From the IMG/VR virus record IMGVR_UViG_3300020725_000001, positions 1 to 53,011 of that record: a stretch of DNA of 53,011 nucleotides. One strand, given 5' to 3'. The position numbers and the translations under genes are program-made. This document shows, piece by piece, positions 52,801-53,011 of the stretch (the first letter of the stretch is position 1; every line of letters starts with the position of its first letter). Origin of the DNA: a virus (lineage: Duplodnaviria > Caudoviricetes). Under the pieces are notes generated by a model, which was not told the origin of the DNA, searched no databases, and worked only from the letters and a program-made list of their open reading frames with translations.

Positions 52801-53011
52801 GATCCAGACTATGAAAGCAAGCTTAGATCTGCAGCTAATAAAATAAATAGTAATAGCAGTATAGCTATTGCTTCCGAAGACAATAAATCTGCCAAGCCAG
52901 AAACAAAAGAAGAGAAGCAGAAAATTGTTAAGGAAGCTGTTAAGGGCAATGATGCTATAAAAAAAATACCCCCCCAAGAAAAGTTGGCTGATGCGATAGC
53001 TATGCCAGAAT
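49822..53011 (+). CDS. Tape measure protein with GH73 glucosaminidase-like domain, truncated by window edge
   Basis: MTVKINVSADVSDVQSGLKKV; Gly/Ala-rich segment; QAQWGLETGWGKS...NNLGNIKA...FRAYDS...GGYATDPDY near 52400-52830. Confidence 0.88.
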   Translation, partial: MTVKINVSADVSDVQSGLKKVQDSADKINKSLSGEVDFDFKQGKDDLAELAANAKKLTDLLEKAKKNGSDLSGVDFDAVSKVFEEAAKSAEELDRALEYLGKSDGLSKVVKSSKDLTENIKKATREQKTLREENRKYITDQEKYDRARNSGAAGSRPFRNILHEDILGGGWRKVDVDEAAAKRKTRNFFDFAGIKVPKDLFGNGDSEKERVDAEKQAEKERISAEQKADRERQSAAQSNARRIAAVAGAVGSYAGSMGQGGGIMGSAGRLAGSGIGAAAGAVAGSLIPIPVVGSMIGAGVGAFAGKLLGGAGSAVDSKADDVTAEGAMYTDLRHSLGATSIDFEMLRGSVRHFSEGLGLAYNESAKLAKEFAHTANLNGEDGMKVGKEVGSAVAFGRGYGISPDQSVQFIATMRQMGVTQDDKGNRKLALQIAESVKSGGTSAKMDEVLASLQSYVQTSTRQSLTSADAGAYASFMALLTGSSVPGMKGDPRNAAATMNAADEAMRQGGAHGEASKNVSLAAYQQLFGNNFNAYDAKFVNEQGAFNDLGKSFDNVISVAEDRGDKGEADRYREMAKAGRGKTALSVNMDFLEKEFGHQPLGEFIGSGANHFGMGVNQFSALNTAINKVGGTNNLEKTLSDAGVDMSNMSMDKVSSLAALATGSKDELKAQAKRLQGLTGENKLSDPERSALKQGLDEDNEDKIRKSVLNLSSKHNALGDSGEKGRQLQATADNLLQEMATKLVPYTQAIKEGITELVRNAAPDSEFVKQMDAEKEKQKKDAEKASYLDAQIEERKKMVDDPSRSRDHEGDINLYNHLVKKRKEIGIPTEYSEIDAPTPWGNKKDYTQYGDSKTKDSSPLAKNQSDFIEKTKSAAERAATKINKDTGSSISASDIQAQWGLETGWGKSVLSGTNNLGNIKAGNDYKGRHKIFNVNEVDKDGKPYKTDQSFRAYDSLDDSADDYADLISRKYLNGKPAANGAEFAKRLKQGGYATDPDYESKLRSAANKINSNSSIAIASEDNKSAKPETKEEKQKIVKEAVKGNDAIKKIPPQEKLADAIAMPE

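Larger units (their letters stand above)
1..53011. mobile_element. Temperate myophage/prophage segment (early-regulatory to tape measure); both ends lie outside the window
   Basis: Ordered terminase, portal, protease, capsid, neck, sheath, tube, lysis and tape-measure genes on +; rha/C4 immunity region and minus-strand morons; no att site or integrase seen. Confidence 0.95.

Noticed and set aside
17570-52977. Many short antisense or alternate-frame ORFs inside long genes (e.g. 19655-20185, 20897-21319, 23438-23809, 49863-50486)
   Set aside because: Shadow frames without recognisable motifs; only 48143-48379 was kept because of its lipobox

Overview
The whole window is a large temperate myophage or prophage of a Gram-negative host (it encodes spanins and an outer-membrane protein). 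It runs from an immunity/early region (RelE/HigB toxin with antitoxins, a C4-type antisense RNA controlling rha, a tandem DUF1640/CCDC90-like array, ssb, RuvC-like nuclease) through packaging, head, fibre, neck, tail and lysis genes, and ends in a tape-measure gene cut by the right edge. Main observations: (1) Three virion polyproteins each carry a predicted BECR-fold RNase domain, followed inside the coding sequence by an antisense sigma70 promoter, a structured 85-200 nt RNA and a terminator. This is a candidate embedded RNA-antitoxin system. (2) An 11-copy late-promoter motif, GGTCGTGAC-N2-NANNNT. (3) A hydrophobic-x-K-[S/A] motif that may be the prohead-protease site separating polyprotein domains. 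(4) Nine module-shuffled DUF1640 copies (6 intact, 1 truncated, 2 remnants), several in minus-strand slots directly upstream of late promoters. Also present: an intein in the MuF-like protein, two tRNAs, a +1 tail-chaperone frameshift, T9 and G9 homopolymer tracts, and orphan antitoxins. All family assignments come from motif recognition by eye, not from database searches.
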